From: Trichoplax sp. H2
Taxonomy: Eukaryota
Assembly (NCBI GenBank): GCA_003344405.1
Contig: NOWV01000022.1
Span: forward strand, 558,001-622,000
Length of the DNA stretch: 64,000 bases
Direction of reading: 5' to 3'
Positions 1 to 14,300 of the stretch are shown one piece after another (position 1 is the stretch's first letter; each line of letters starts with the position of its first letter). The translations under genes and the position numbers were made by a program. The notes under the pieces are model-generated. The model was not told the DNA's origin, ran no database searches, and saw only the letters and a list, made by a program, of their open reading frames with translations.

Positions 1-11
1 TATACCTATAG

Positions 12-474
12 GATGAATTTAGAACGACGGGCATCTTATTTACGCAGGTAACAAATCGTATTGCCTCGATCAACTTTTCATTGACACTTCAATACCATCA
101 TTTAGTTCAACATAAAGCCAGATTATATTAATTCGTTATTCATTAAACTTAATATCGATTATTTTAGATCACTGGTAAAGGTGAAATAGAATTAGAACCA
201 CATGAAGCATGTGGTAAGATATGCAAAAAACAGAAAGTAACTTTAAATCCTGGCCAAACCGGTTAGTTGATATCCGAAAATTCAATAATTTTTTATCTTA
301 ATACATTAATGATACTAATAGCCCCCTACATACTACCGCAAACTAAAGGAGTCATTTGTTGTCGTTTTAGTTATCTTTACCGAGAAGCTTTGGCTACTTT
401 CATATCGACCGCTTTCCGACACGGAAACCACTGGCATCTTAACGACATACCATCAGAATGTTTTCTATAATTAA
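12..474 (+). CDS. 3' end (last three exons) of an unidentified gene, possibly cupin/JmjC-like fold
   Basis: AG/GT-bounded, phase-compatible exons 12-47, 168-261 and 371-474 give DEFRTTGILFTQITGKGEIELEPHEACGKICKKQKVTLNPGQTVIFTEKLWLLSYRPLSDTETTGILTTYHQNVFYN*. The Q-x-x-G...L-x-PG-x-x-(hydrophobic)...W spacing recalls the C-terminal half of cupin/JmjC-like domains (inference). An alternative acceptor near 320 would give the ORF-track ending instead. Confidence 0.6.
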
Positions 475-1824
475 CCTCCTTGCTAATCCACGTTAAATAG
501 TGAATTAGTATAATAAAAACGATAATTTATCTATCAGCTTAGTCTGCTAAAATATGTCTGTTATAGGTCATATATTATCCTAATATGTTATTCTTAAAAT
601 AGATATAAGTATTTGCCAAGCTATTCTGTTATAAATGGCTGCTTTTATTATCGTTATTATATGTGTTGAATCCAGGTAAATGAGATATAAATTCTTTATT
701 TCCTATACTGGTTATCATGAATTGATGAAACTTAAATTTCCCTTAATTTAAGCTTTATAGAAGGAAAATGTGTTTATAATAATTTCGTGCTAGCATAATC
801 GAGGTTATTTTAGATTCATTTGATAAAACCATTGAGAATAACTATATAATAAAGAAATTGCTAACTTAAACTAAGTGATATTAGGATTTTCTATTATAGC
901 TATTGAAAGAAAATGATAATTAGTCTATTTTCTATTACTGCAAGCTCAAGCGCCAAAAGCTTGCTACCATGCATTACCATTAGCACCCACTATAGTAATT
1001 TCATTCCACTAGAACTCGCGTACCTAAATTTTTGCAATTTTTCTGCTCCATGCTGTATTAAATTACTATATATTGCTTCTCAAGTTGCAACTATTTGCTA
1101 TAAATCAATAGAAACGAAATCAATGTGTACTTGACAAGGCTAAAAATTACAGTAATTGCGTTATGCAAAGTCCGAAAAGTACTATTACTACTAATGAGTC
1201 CGAAAATTAGCTGCTGCAGACTATACAGACAGACAGTTACTCAAATGCGGAGAGACACTTACCAAAATGTCCTAAAATAGGAATAGCTACCTATATTAAT
1301 TCGATGTAGGATTGCTCAAGTTTCAGTAGCAGACAGTTTCAATAGATGAATTTTCAATCATAATATATAATTAATTAATCACTCACTCATTAGTACTGCA
1401 TATACTGTATGTTATGGCAAATTTACTAAGTATAAATTGGTAATTTTACCGTATTTTCATACAAACTTATATGTATAACTTCGGGGGTTAGAGGTCGAGT
1501 GGGGCTGGTACCTAAACGTACAGTAGAGACAAGGATACAAACATAAGCTCACAAACACTTACATAGCTAAAAGGATTATTATCATTTACTGCATAATTTA
1601 GTAAACTTCGTACACTTGATTACACCTAGTAGCTGTAGTCTGGTGATCAGTCAAAAGTCCAAGATAACTCTGGCATAAATATCAACAACGTAATCAACTG
1701 CAGCAGTAGCACGAGAGAACTCATTTAGTAATTTCAATCTATGCGTATTCATTTTGGCTATTAAAGTTGATCTACTTCCTCCTCTTAAATATCAGAACCG
1801 AATATTGCAAGCCGTCTTAGAAAT

Positions 1825-4800
1825 ATGTCTTCTGTTCGTAGCCCATATCCTGATGTCCATATTCCAGACAATGTTTCATTTTTTGAATATGTCACTGGTA
1901 ATTTCAAGAATTTCGGCAATAAACCAGCTATGGTAATCCGTTAATTATAATTAATATAGAACTAATAATTTGCATTCGCTATATAAATGCTATAAGACAA
2001 CCTTATTAAAAAATGGACGTTCTTATCACTACAAAGATATAGATAATACTTAAATTGATTATATTGTCACCTTAATGATAAACCATAACTTCCTTGATGG
2101 TATATATAGAATTAACTGAACGACTACAAATACAACCGTGTTGATCAACTAACTTTATATGAAAACTCTTTTTATTCTTCTCAGACGGATGGCATTACTG
2201 GCGCTAGTTATACCTTCCATCAGTTAGACGATGCTATTAAACGTGTAGCGTCAGCTTTAGTCAAGCGAGGGCTAAAGAAAGGCGAAGTTGTTGCTATAAT
2301 TTCCCCAAACTGCATCGAATGGCCAGTTCTATTTTTTGCAGTCATATCAGTAGGTGGCATCATTACTACGTGCAATCATGGATATAAGGAGACAGAACTA
2401 TCTTCACAACTAAGTAATGCAGGAGCAGTTTATTTAGTCGCAGCAAAATCATCCGTACGTACGGTCAGCAAAATGAGGTATAAAGTCAGAGAAAGATTTA
2501 TCATCGGTGATGCTGATGGCTATACCTCATATTCCGAATTAATCAGGTAAGTTGGAAATAACACCAATAGACCTCTACATGACTAATGTTAGCCTATTTC
2601 ACTATGGCTACTTGTTGATATCGAATTTTTACGAGAGATGAAATCAAATTTGCAGCCTACATGTGCATGCATGTACGGCCATCCGCCTCTAAATGTAATT
2701 ATTACACTGTAAATATCTCTTGTAATAAGATTAATAACATATACGAGTCTTACCGGTACATCTTCCTGACTATCAAGTAGCTAATTACTTGAGCAGACAC
2801 TATCGTTCAGATTTTGACATTTAATGCTTGTAATATCTTACTTTACGAGTATATAAGCTGCTATACAATCTAACTTTTAAGTTACTTATATCGTCGAAAC
2901 CTATGCACAGTACTGTACGTGCTTGTACTATTCATTTATGATTCTTTAGAAGCTATTAACAAACTAAATACAGCATAATTGTTTCTATAATTGATAACTA
3001 AAAGGACATATACTTTCAATCATATTATTTGTACTACAGAGACGATGGCAGCAGGTTTCCTTCATTTGTTAAGATTAATAGCAAGACTGACATTTGCGTT
3101 TTGCCATATTCAAGTGGTACTACCGGTGTTTCCAAAGGTGTCATGATATCTCATTACAATTTAGTTGCTAATCTGGAACAAACACGACCTGTGAGAATAC
3201 GAAACAGAAAAAATAATTGCTCATTGGCAGTATTACCATTTTATCATATCTATGGAATGGTCGTTATAATGTCAAGTTGCTTACGTTATGGAAATCACTG
3301 TGTCACTCTACCTGGCTTTGAACCTAAATCATTTTTACGAACAATTGAAAAGTATAAGGTAAAGGAAAATACCTTTTATTTAAATCTGTAAGCTATTAAA
3401 TAAATTACAGTAGAATACGTGCAATTGTTTTCGAAATTTCAAACAACTCGAGAAGTATAGATACCGGTAACGATGCAGTAGTCTACTGTAAACTTTAGTC
3501 CTTTAATTAGTGTTACGGTGTCGCTTTGTCATTAGGATAGTTTACTAAGTACAGTAGTAGCTAGTATGGAGAATATCCATATTTGTAGTGCTAGGTAAGA
3601 TAAGTATTGCCTTAACGTGGATGTTGTTTGTAATAGTTCATTACATACTTCATATTGATTGTTATTGTGCGATAGATAGCAGTAAGATGATTCAAGTTCT
3701 AGTTGATGATACTTAAATTAGACAACCTGCGAGCTTAGATCAAGATTAAGTATCAATAAGAGATTCAAAACATTTACTGATAGAAAAAGCTATGTAAGGA
3801 ACATCTCAGTTCGAGATGTTTCTCCTAGTAAGGTATAACAATAATATTGTTGTTGTTTACGAATTAGGCGGTTCCTATATAAACGGGAACATTTGAGTTC
3901 AGTGATGGTAAAAAGTTGTCGATGTATCTTTGCTAATAAAAGTTTCATCTTTATAGTCTTTTGCTGTATGTGTTTAACGTTAAGTAAAAGGGCGTTTAAG
4001 TTAGTAGCTACTTATAGACTTTTACTGTACGTTACCTTGTCGCAGAAGTGAAAATGTGACGATTAGATAATCACAAAACTACTTAAAAGAATTACAGTAG
4101 ACTTGCAATTGTACATTGAAAGTAACCTCATATACTGTATTCCTCCAACTTTATGTTCGTATGTATACTGCAGGTAGCACGACTAAGCCTAGTACCTCCA
4201 CTAGCTCTTTTCCTATTAAAGTCCCCATTGGTCGATAAATATGATTTATCTAGCCTTGAAGATGCTGGATGTGGTGCAGCACCTCTTGGAGATGAAGTTA
4301 TGCAACAATTTTTAAGAAAGATGAAAGTGAAACGTTTTGTTCAAGGTCAGTAAAGGAATTTAATTTCACGTTGAATCAAACATTAAAAAATAAAATTCTT
4401 GCAGGAAAATACTTTAATACTTAATATATAAAGTTATTTGTAGTGTTGATTGTTATAACCGTATCAAATTATAACATTCATCTAGTCTTAATATTTAAAC
4501 GTATACATCTTTAAAATAAATTATACATCAAGGATACGGCATGACGGAAGCAAGTCCGACCATTACACTGGTTTCACCTGATGAAAATCATAATTTGGGC
4601 TCCGTCGGTAGGCCCGTACCAAATACACAATGCAAAGTAAGTATAAATTTGCAACAAATGTTCTCTTTTCCTATTATAAATGTTAATTTTGCATAAATTA
4701 AGATTGAACATAAACTAACGCATTTTTTTATAATAAATATCTAAGGCTACCGTAACCCTGCATAAACTTTGACTATAATTCTAACTCTAGTTTAATTAAA

Positions 4801-5828
4801 GAATGATGCAAAATTATTAAATCATTGACGTAATACACAAATTCTTTATATCTGCGGAATAGTTTATTGATCCTGATTCGGGTAAAGTTCTTCCCCCTAA
4901 TGTACCAGGCGAAATATTAGTTAAGGGGCCACAAGTAATGTTAGGTTATTTAAACCGACCCAAGGCGACTGCGGAAACCATCGATAAAGACGGTTGGCTA
5001 CATACTGGAGATGTTGGTTACTATGATGAAAATGGAATATGTTATATCGTTGATCGAATAAAGGAATTAATAAAATATAAAGGATATCAAGTATGTGATC
5101 TATCTCACTTTAGTAAAAATTGCCTATAGTAGTGAATTATATTACTATATTTGTGTATTAAGCATTCATTTCGTAGCGCAGATTAAAATTTCTTAGCAAG
5201 ACTGTTTTATCGGTTATCTTTTCAGGTAGCACCTGCAGAATTGGAATCATTACTAAAATCTCATCCAGATATTTCCGATGCCGCTGTAATTGGTATTCCT
5301 GACGAACGAGCTGGAGAAATTCCTAGAGCATATATTATCTTAAAGGATTCGGGAAATGGTTTGTAATTAACCATTAATTAAATAAATGCTATTATATAGT
5401 TTACAATGTGTCATGTTTAGAAGGAAACGAGCGAAAGTAAAGATTTAAATAATTACTATTTTAATAACTTTAATTAGTTATTTATATTCTGAACTAATCT
5501 GGGTCTATAAGTATTATACATATCATGTTTTAAGAGTAAATAAATTATAAATGGTTAATATAATTTACTTGCTTATGTTTTGATAGTACCATACTCTTTC
5601 CGTAATAGTTTATTTGTCATTAATTATGCGTATATATATAAATACTTTATAGGCAAGATTACAACCGAAAAAATTCAAGAATACGTAACTTCTAAGGTAG
5701 CTCCGCATAAGAGGTTAAGAGGTGGCATTGCAATTGTTACCGAGATACCTAAATCTGCTAGCGGTAAAATTTTGAGACGCCTAATTCGAGATCAATATAA
5801 GAAATCAATAGCCAAGAGTAAATTATAA
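1825..5828 (+). CDS. 4-coumarate-CoA ligase-like / luciferase-like peroxisomal acyl-CoA synthetase, paralog A (8 exons, 533 aa)
   Basis: Exons 1825-1932, 2185-2546, 3040-3358, 4174-4345, 4533-4636, 4863-5090, 5226-5358 and 5653-5828 join in frame. ANL motifs present: [11 protein letters not shown] (P-loop), [59 protein letters not shown]-terminus is SKL (PTS1). Confidence 0.93.
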
Positions 5829-6661
5829 ACTATGTCCGGTTTCTTTTACAAACTACCAGGATTGGTGTATCTAGAAACTTTCTCGTTGCCTTAGTAATAA
5901 TCGCCGGTACATGTTGATTCCTACATTAATAAAATAATGTTATTATATTATAACGGCTGATCATTTTATGGTAGTTATTTGATTTATTAATCTTGGTTGA
6001 ATTTGATTTTTATTCACTCTCGGTACGTAAGGCACTGTTCATCCGCACTAGGCTAAATTAATTATTATTTCAATGGTGAATATTAATCTATAATCTTTCT
6101 TTATGATGCAGTTCATTTTTCATTAAGTGATATAGATCAAGTCCATATCAATAGGAAACATAAATTATTGCGCCATGGCATAGCCTGCAGTAATTATAAT
6201 AACGTACCAGATGTCGAATTACTTAATATGATTTTTTTACCTGTTCTATCCTAACAATAAACGGTAATTGTGAAATTGAATAAGTACCAATGTTTCAATC
6301 GTAAGAAATACTGCATGGCCGTTGCTAAATTTGAGTTGTAACAATTAACTTACGATAACGATTTATTTTTGATAAATCAACGATAGAAATATAGCTTACT
6401 TTTGCTAAAGTTAAATTCTGCCATGGCTAATGCCACGCTACAAGTATTATCTCAATAACGTAATATGACCCAATAGCTGATTGAAAACAAACAACAGAAT
6501 TATCACTTGCTTCCCCGTTGCAGTTGCTATTACAACAGTCTAGCTGTTCAAATATTAATTACAGGATGTTTAAATTATTAAAAAGTAAATAACATCATTA
6601 ACTACCTATAAGGTATCTATGTACTGTATCCACGAGTAAGAATATCTATAGTATTAGTACG

Positions 6662-6763
6662 ACCAGGAACTACTCAAGTAAAAATTACCAGTATTCTTTT
6701 TTCAGGGAGACGGTAAATTTTTTTCGGAAAGTGCAGAGAATTTTTACTCATGTAGTTCCTGGT
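6662..6763. mobile_element. MITE-like 102 bp inverted-repeat element
   Basis: Left arm 6662-6686 (accaggaactactcaagtaaaaatt) matches the reverse complement of 6739-6763 at 22 of 25 positions around a 52 bp spacer. No clear target-site duplication. Confidence 0.4.
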
Positions 6764-8351
6764 ACAAACTAAGAATTGAAATGATCTCATGCCGAAATTA
6801 GAAACAACTATAAATAAATTCAAGATAAAGTTTGTATCTTAAAAAATAATGACAAAATACATCAACTGCTAATTAAGTATATTATGCTTATTGTACAGTC
6901 GACGTTAATCATTCGATGTCCACTTTTACTCCATTCATTATAATTTCTATCTAACGATTACATCTCCTTTAGTATTGTTTATATATATATATTAAAAATA
7001 GTAATTATATGTAATTTAACTCGATTTTTATTAATCTGTGGTTGGACAAAATAACTGCACTAAGAAATGAACTCATGTCTACTATTTTAATGAAAAGGGA
7101 TAATAACTCATTCTGAATTAAAAATAATAACATCATTTTACGACTGTTTTTCGATTTTTTATAATATTGTTGACAATAGCTAAATACAAGCAATGTGCCA
7201 CGTATTGTCTAAATTAAAGTTCAACCGAATGCACTGGACTAACTATCAATAAACATAACTTTAGAATACAATATTACAAAGTATTCATTGAAATCAGTAA
7301 TTACTTCCATGAATGATTTACTTCTAATCTGCCTTAGATTAAAAAATAACTCAATTTTAAAACTTCTATCTAATTTTATAAGCTAATAGATTGCACATAA
7401 TAGTAATATGCGAAAAACGTATGATTGATTGTCCAAATGAAGTGTTAATAGGATTCTACTGAAATAGCTATCAACAGAACATGACTCTAGAATATAATAT
7501 TACACAGTATTTGTTAGAATTTCTATTTATTTTCATGAATTAATTTTATGACTTGATTCTATGCATATAATTATTTTGTCAACAGACGAAGCCTATTTGA
7601 AAAATAAAAAAGCAATTGTATAGTTAATTGACTGATAGTGATTAAATGATGACGTCTATTAACCATAGGAGCTCTTTGAAGACTATATGCCATTGGTTGT
7701 TCATTATTCTAACTACTAAACATGTTATTTAACTAGATACACTAACTGAATGATTTAAATAAGTTGGCGATATTTGTAATACGCATATAGTCCATAAATC
7801 TGTTTTAATATTTAATTAAGCAGTTATTATGACGACATACACTAATTGGCTTAAGGATGAAATCGAACCATTTTCAAGAATCATACAATTTAATGGAAGA
7901 GCATTACCAAACTATCGGAAAAAGTTCAAAGGAATAGCTTTATCTTATTAATCAAAGTACTTTTCATCATCCAACATTCATTTGCGCTTAATAATCGATG
8001 CAACTGAGTACAACACAGTTTATGATAGCTCGTTAGACGCCATTTTCCCTACGCAAATCATTAATTCATAAAAAAGGGAGACAATATCATTTAAAGAGGA
8101 AACTGTAATAGATTCAAAAGATGCACCTATTAGTCAGCTTAAGATATCATTCCATAGACTGAGATCATTAATAATTGGTCGTCGGCTAGCAATGCCGTCG
8201 ATTTGTATTCATAGAACAATCTGCCGGCTGCATTAAAATTATCACGCAGCAGGGAGCAGTATTTACAAAACTGTCTCATCTCTTAAATAGTTGGGTTAGC
8301 AGACACAATCTTTAATTTAAGCATTTGATCATTCTAAAGCTAGACTTCATT

Positions 8352-11300
8352 ATGGCAGCTTTACGCAGCAAATATGGCGATATTCATATTCCTGATAACA
8401 TGTCATTCTATGATTTTGTTTCATGTCGATTTGACATTAATGCAAGCAAACCAGCATTGGTATGTTGACTCCATTACAATACAACTATTACACTGTACAT
8501 GATATAGCATAAATTCATACTAATAAATCAACCTTGTGATAGAAAAAAATAATGATATCATACTTTGAAATAATTTTCACACGATCAAATACATTCAAAC
8601 GATGTAATCGTAAATTACTTTTAATCAATTTCCTTTCCATAATATTATATTCATAAATCGATGAGCGTGATATTGATCGCAATATTGATCATTTCTTGTA
8701 CCTATTTCTTATTAAACTTTTTGAAAGTTATGTCGCTTGTATAAATCTCCTGATCTATCAATACTTAGATAAAGTAAGAGTTAGGGCATATCAACCTTTA
8801 CTCTCTTATTTTTCAAACAGCATTCCTTGTAATGACTATAGAATGATTTTGTACGCTATTACTACCGAACACTATTTAATGCATAATAATTTCATACATT
8901 AACATAGTCTATAGCCTGAAGAATAATTTTATTGTAAATTATGTGCTATTGTAGACATAAAATTTTTAGTGATCTGAAATATGAGTATATAAATATTGAT
9001 CTGACTAGCATATGCTTGAGTATTTATAAAACGACTTTACATATAATTACAATATGTCTAATTCAAATACGATCAATCAATTGGTCGCTTTAAATGTATC
9101 AACCCAACCAGTATCAAAAGAGCAGCCCATCACTGATCATTATGTACTAGTAGAGTTTCCTGCGCGTAATGCTTGGCGTAAATGTATAGTTATTCCAATG
9201 TAAATTTTTAATACTGTCTTATCTTTATTATGGGTTACTTTTAGAATCTAACGAAGTTTTCCGATATTGAGTTGCTTTAACAATTTTCCCCTACTGTTTC
9301 TGAATTACTTAAAACTCCGTGATTACATGTTGTAATTTTACACGAATCCTTATTTTATAAAAATAACTCTGGTAATCATGTGGATCTATTTACAAGAATA
9401 AAGACAGTAGTGGCAGCGTTGCCCTACCCCGATTTTAATGTACAGTATAATCATAGTCAGACTATAATAGCTTAGATTGAGACTATTTTTATTCCGCTGA
9501 TTATTATCATTTAAGAGCCATTTCGTACAAAATGGGCATCTTTTATCACCCTAAATTATGAATGAGACTAACTGAGTTATGCATATAGTCTACGTATATA
9601 ATGGTCTTAAGCAATGCCTGTACTGTATTTAGATAATTTTGTTATTGTCTCAGCCTCAAAGTACTAAAATAAAGATTGGCTCTATAGTTAAATAACATAA
9701 AAAGATACTTAAGCAAGTTTACAATCCATCTGTAATGCAGTAATGAATTAGTTTAAATTCGAAATCATATTTGGATAGCTGCTCTAGATATAAGTTCTGT
9801 AGACCATTTCTCATATGGCAGATGTTTTCATCAAGAATGTCGTAAAACTTATCCAACGGGATAGTTTACTGTCATCAATAATCAGACAACACTGATTCTG
9901 CGTTAATTTAGCCAGCCATTTTTAACGTAAAATCAGATACTAGTAATCAATTAGATCAACTGTGGGCACATACATGATCTTCGTCTTTTTCCACGTATTA
10001 AATAGAAAATGATAAAAGTAAAAATTTGTCAATCAAGTTAATAACTTATTTACAGGATTAAAATGTGGTCTATTATTCATCCCCAGTATTCACATATTTG
10101 TATAAGCTACTACAGTAATTAACTACCAAACATTTCTTCAGGCGGCAGCAGTAATTGTAATTACTAAAACTAATTTATCTCAATTCAATCGACAATTGTC
10201 TGGTAAACTTATTGAAGCTAGATAATTTGATGCAGAGTTCCATTCTACCTGCTATTTTTGTTAATTATACACATTATTATGGACTTTAAATAAAGTCATT
10301 CATTAAAATTGATAAAGATGGTGATATTCCACTAGCAAAATGGAGAAAACCTTGTTGTTAGTATTACCAGTAGTCGATCTCATACCTCTAGTTACGTATA
10401 ATTAATCTTTTTATACACGATCTCATATCTTGAACTTTAGTCTGCTGTAGCTATGATAAATCTCCAAAATGTATTAATATAAACATTGGCGTATAAATAA
10501 TCTCTTCTTGTATAATCTCATCTGTAGACTCTATACTTCGCTATAGCTAAAATTAGTAACCATCGTATATCGATGCTACCTGTTTACGATAATTAACCTC
10601 TTCATCTTCTATCTTAATAGTAAATTTTATAGTCCTCTTTAGTAATTACTGATTTGTAATATATTTTAACATACTATTGGACATCATCGTTCGCATACTC
10701 GAGTTTCGCAGCAATTTCTTTACTCACTTATAATAATAGTTCGTATATGTGCTGTAGCAGTTAAATTAAATAGGCTACTATCTCAATAAAATAATTACGA
10801 ACAATTTACTAGAAAAAGGCTTCAATTTGACGGACTTACTACAACTTATTTAAGCTCATCACACGATTATTATACACAATATGATAATATTGTTCATATC
10901 TTTATATGAATCAACATATAGAATGTGGACTATATTTAAAATGAAGAATAAACATTTATTTACATTTTATCATTAAGGTTAATTATAAAAGATGATAAAC
11001 TCGAACAGAATACTAGTACAAGAATCAATATTTTCATTAGCAGAAGATAAACTTAAGATACGTAATTTCTTTAACATATGCACTGAAAATTAATTCCTAC
11101 GAAGTATGCATTTTTTAAGACCTACTGCAAGTAGAATCATGACAAATACTGGAAAACACTACTTTAAGTCATTAGTATTTAATTTTTGATTTTAATATCA
11201 AGTGATCAGCATCTGTTTTATCGATTATCTATCACCATAATTTAAATACCTCAAGATTCTTCCAATCTATCTACAAAATCTATATTATATACTTAATTTA

Positions 11301-14300
11301 ATTCATAAAATACTGAATATCTATAATTGCTTACACGAATAAGTTAATTTAGGATTTACATTCGGCCAAACCAAACGTATAGAAATGATGTTAAAAGTAA
11401 ATTTGCTAGTATCCAACACAATCAGCTTTACTTATTTAGACAATATTCACTCTTCGCTACGAAAGACAAACTCTTCGTAAATTATATACTCCTGACTGAG
11501 AAACCCAAATATTATTTCAACTATTATAGCATGATAATATTAACTTAATGTTCTTTTCGACTGAACAATAGACTGATGGAATTACTGGAGAAACATATAC
11601 TTACGGCCAACTCAAGCAAATGATCCAACGATGTGGATCAGCGTTAACTCGATTAGGATTTCAATCCGGTGATATTATGTCTATAGTTAGTTTAAATTCG
11701 TTAGATTGGTCCATCATTTTCTTTGCAGTTATTGCTCTAGGCGGTATCGTGACAACATGTAGTCCCTTATTTACGCCTGAAGAATTAAAATATCAATTGG
11801 AAGACGCTAATGCGAAGTATGTTATCGTCTCAGAATGTGCGGCCTCTAAAGTTAATAAAACCAATCATCCGTTTAGGCATAAATTTATATTTGGCCATGC
11901 TGAAGGTTATATTCCGTATTCATCTCTAATTAGGTAAGAATAACTCAAACTCTCCTTGAATAACCTACCTTGAATACTAAATCTTTTGCTAATTCGATTA
12001 TTAACCTCTAACCATTATCAATACTAAGTTAGATTGTTATCATATTCTAATCTTAACAATAGAATTATTCTTCGTATTGTATAAAATGTTGGTCATGAGT
12101 TGCTTATCACTCATGTTATTCAAAATACTTCATTTCTAATATTATTATCTTCTTATCATAGGGATAGCGGCAATCAATTTCCAACTCTGGTTGTTATTAA
12201 ACCTAAATCACATCTTTGCATTATTCCATACTCTAGTGGCACAACCGGTCTTCCTAAAGGTGTTATGTTAACCCACTACAATTTGGTTGCTAACTTGACT
12301 CAATATACTTATCGTGGCATGAGATCAGCTGATGATGTCGATCCAAGTGTTCTTTGCGTCTTACCATTCTATCATATCTTGGGCATGTGCTCCATCCTTT
12401 CGCTATCCCTTTCTAGTGGATCTCGAGTTGTTATCTTACCGCGTTTTCAACCCCACTCTTTCCTAGCGGCTATTGAGAAATTTCAGGTAATGTATATGTC
12501 TATTTTAGTCGTTCCATTTAAAGGAATATTAAAGGTTTAAAAATCCAATTATTACGTACACTATAATTTCGGCTTAATTTTATTAACATATATTTCATCC
12601 ATTCCATTTAGAGCAATATTAAAATTATAAAAAATCAAGTTATTATTATAATAATTTAGACGTAGGATAGTTTGAAGCGCAGTATTTATATATTAATACT
12701 CTGAATTATCAAGCATAGAATCTAAATAGCATTAATTATATCTCTTGCTTTAATTTCGAACATTTAATATTCGATAGAACTATCTATAGAGTACAATATA
12801 ATTTTATTCATTCCATTTAGAGCAATACTAAAAGTATAAAAAATTGAATTATTACGGTACATTAAAATTTAGCCATAGGGTCATTTAAAGCGCAATATTC
12901 TATATTTATAGACTGAATAGTCAAGCCTAGAACCTAAATAGCATTAATCATATCTGCTGCCTTAATTTTGAACATTTGACATCCGATAGAATTGTCGCTA
13001 GAGTACAATACGAAACCTTACTTTGCGTTTGATGTACGATTCTATGATATACATATGAATATATAGGTCACACGCGTAGCTATAGTTCCTCCATTGGCAT
13101 TATTCCTACTCAATTCACCATTAGTTGATCAATATAATCTTTCCAGCTTAAAAAACATAACATCAGGTGCTGCTCCACTCGATACCCAGTTAATGGAAAG
13201 GGTTAAAATGAAGCTAAATTTAGACCGATTCACACAAGGTATGTCCAATAAATTTATTTTATCGTTTTAGTACTAATAGTATTAAAATCTTGATGATTAA
13301 AAATTTTTACTTACCAAAATTAAAGTTTTAGATCAAAGATTAAATATTTAATGCTGTTATAGCATTAAATAAATATTTCATATAATAAATCAAATATCAT
13401 TGCTAACATTATCCCTTCCAGGATATGGCATGACGGAAACAGGTCCAACTACTATTATTAATCACTTCTGTAAAGCCAATACAAAATTAGGGTCTGTTGG
13501 AAAATTAATGCCTAGTACATACTGCAAAGTAAGAATAGATAACGTAGCTACTTTTGATTAAAGATATATTTTTCTAATTCAGTCATATTGTCAGAGAATT
13601 TAGTCTAATGATAGATTTTAATACCTTTCTAAATATTTTACTTGCAAGATGCTACTTATAATCATTAATAATTGAGAATAATTTATCTTTCAACTACTTC
13701 CTATAATATACAACGAGTTACACGTAATTTGTTCGACGAATAAGTTAATAGATAATCTAATCTGCACATACGTATTGGATGGTTTATCATTGAAGGTAGT
13801 CGATCTAATGACTCATCAAATTTTGCCAGCCAATGTGGCTGGCGAAATATGGATTAAAGGCCCACAAGTTATGGTGGGCTATTTAAATAAACCTCAACAA
13901 ACGAGGGAAACGATTAATTCCGAAGGATGGTTAAAAACTGGAGATATCGGCTACTACGATGAAGATGAGGATTTCTACATTATTGATAGGCTCAAAGATC
14001 TTATTAAATATAAAGGCCATCAGGTAAGACTATTGAAGATAAGAACTATACCGTAGCAGTTTTAAATATCAGTAGTTCTGTATAAACGATAGATGTAACT
14101 TAAACGCCAAAAATTTCGAAAGGTTGCTCCAGCAGAGTTAGAAGCCTTACTCAAAAGTTTTGATTATATTGCCGATGCAGCTGTCATTGGTATACCTGAT
14201 ACTGTAGCAGGAGAAATTCCGCGAGCTTATGTTATTTTAAAAGACAAGGAAGGTAAGATTATAAATTTTGGATATGTAATAAATGCACCAATATCCTATG

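Noticed and set aside
913..1936. ORFs 913-1134 and 1754-1936, and other isolated 60-70 aa ORFs (7005, 8696, 27546, 32844, 35570, 52948, 53332, 62552, 62884)
   Set aside because: They have AT-rich random-like composition and no splice-compatible partners. ORF 1754-1936 is an off-frame overlap of the real exon 1825-1932.
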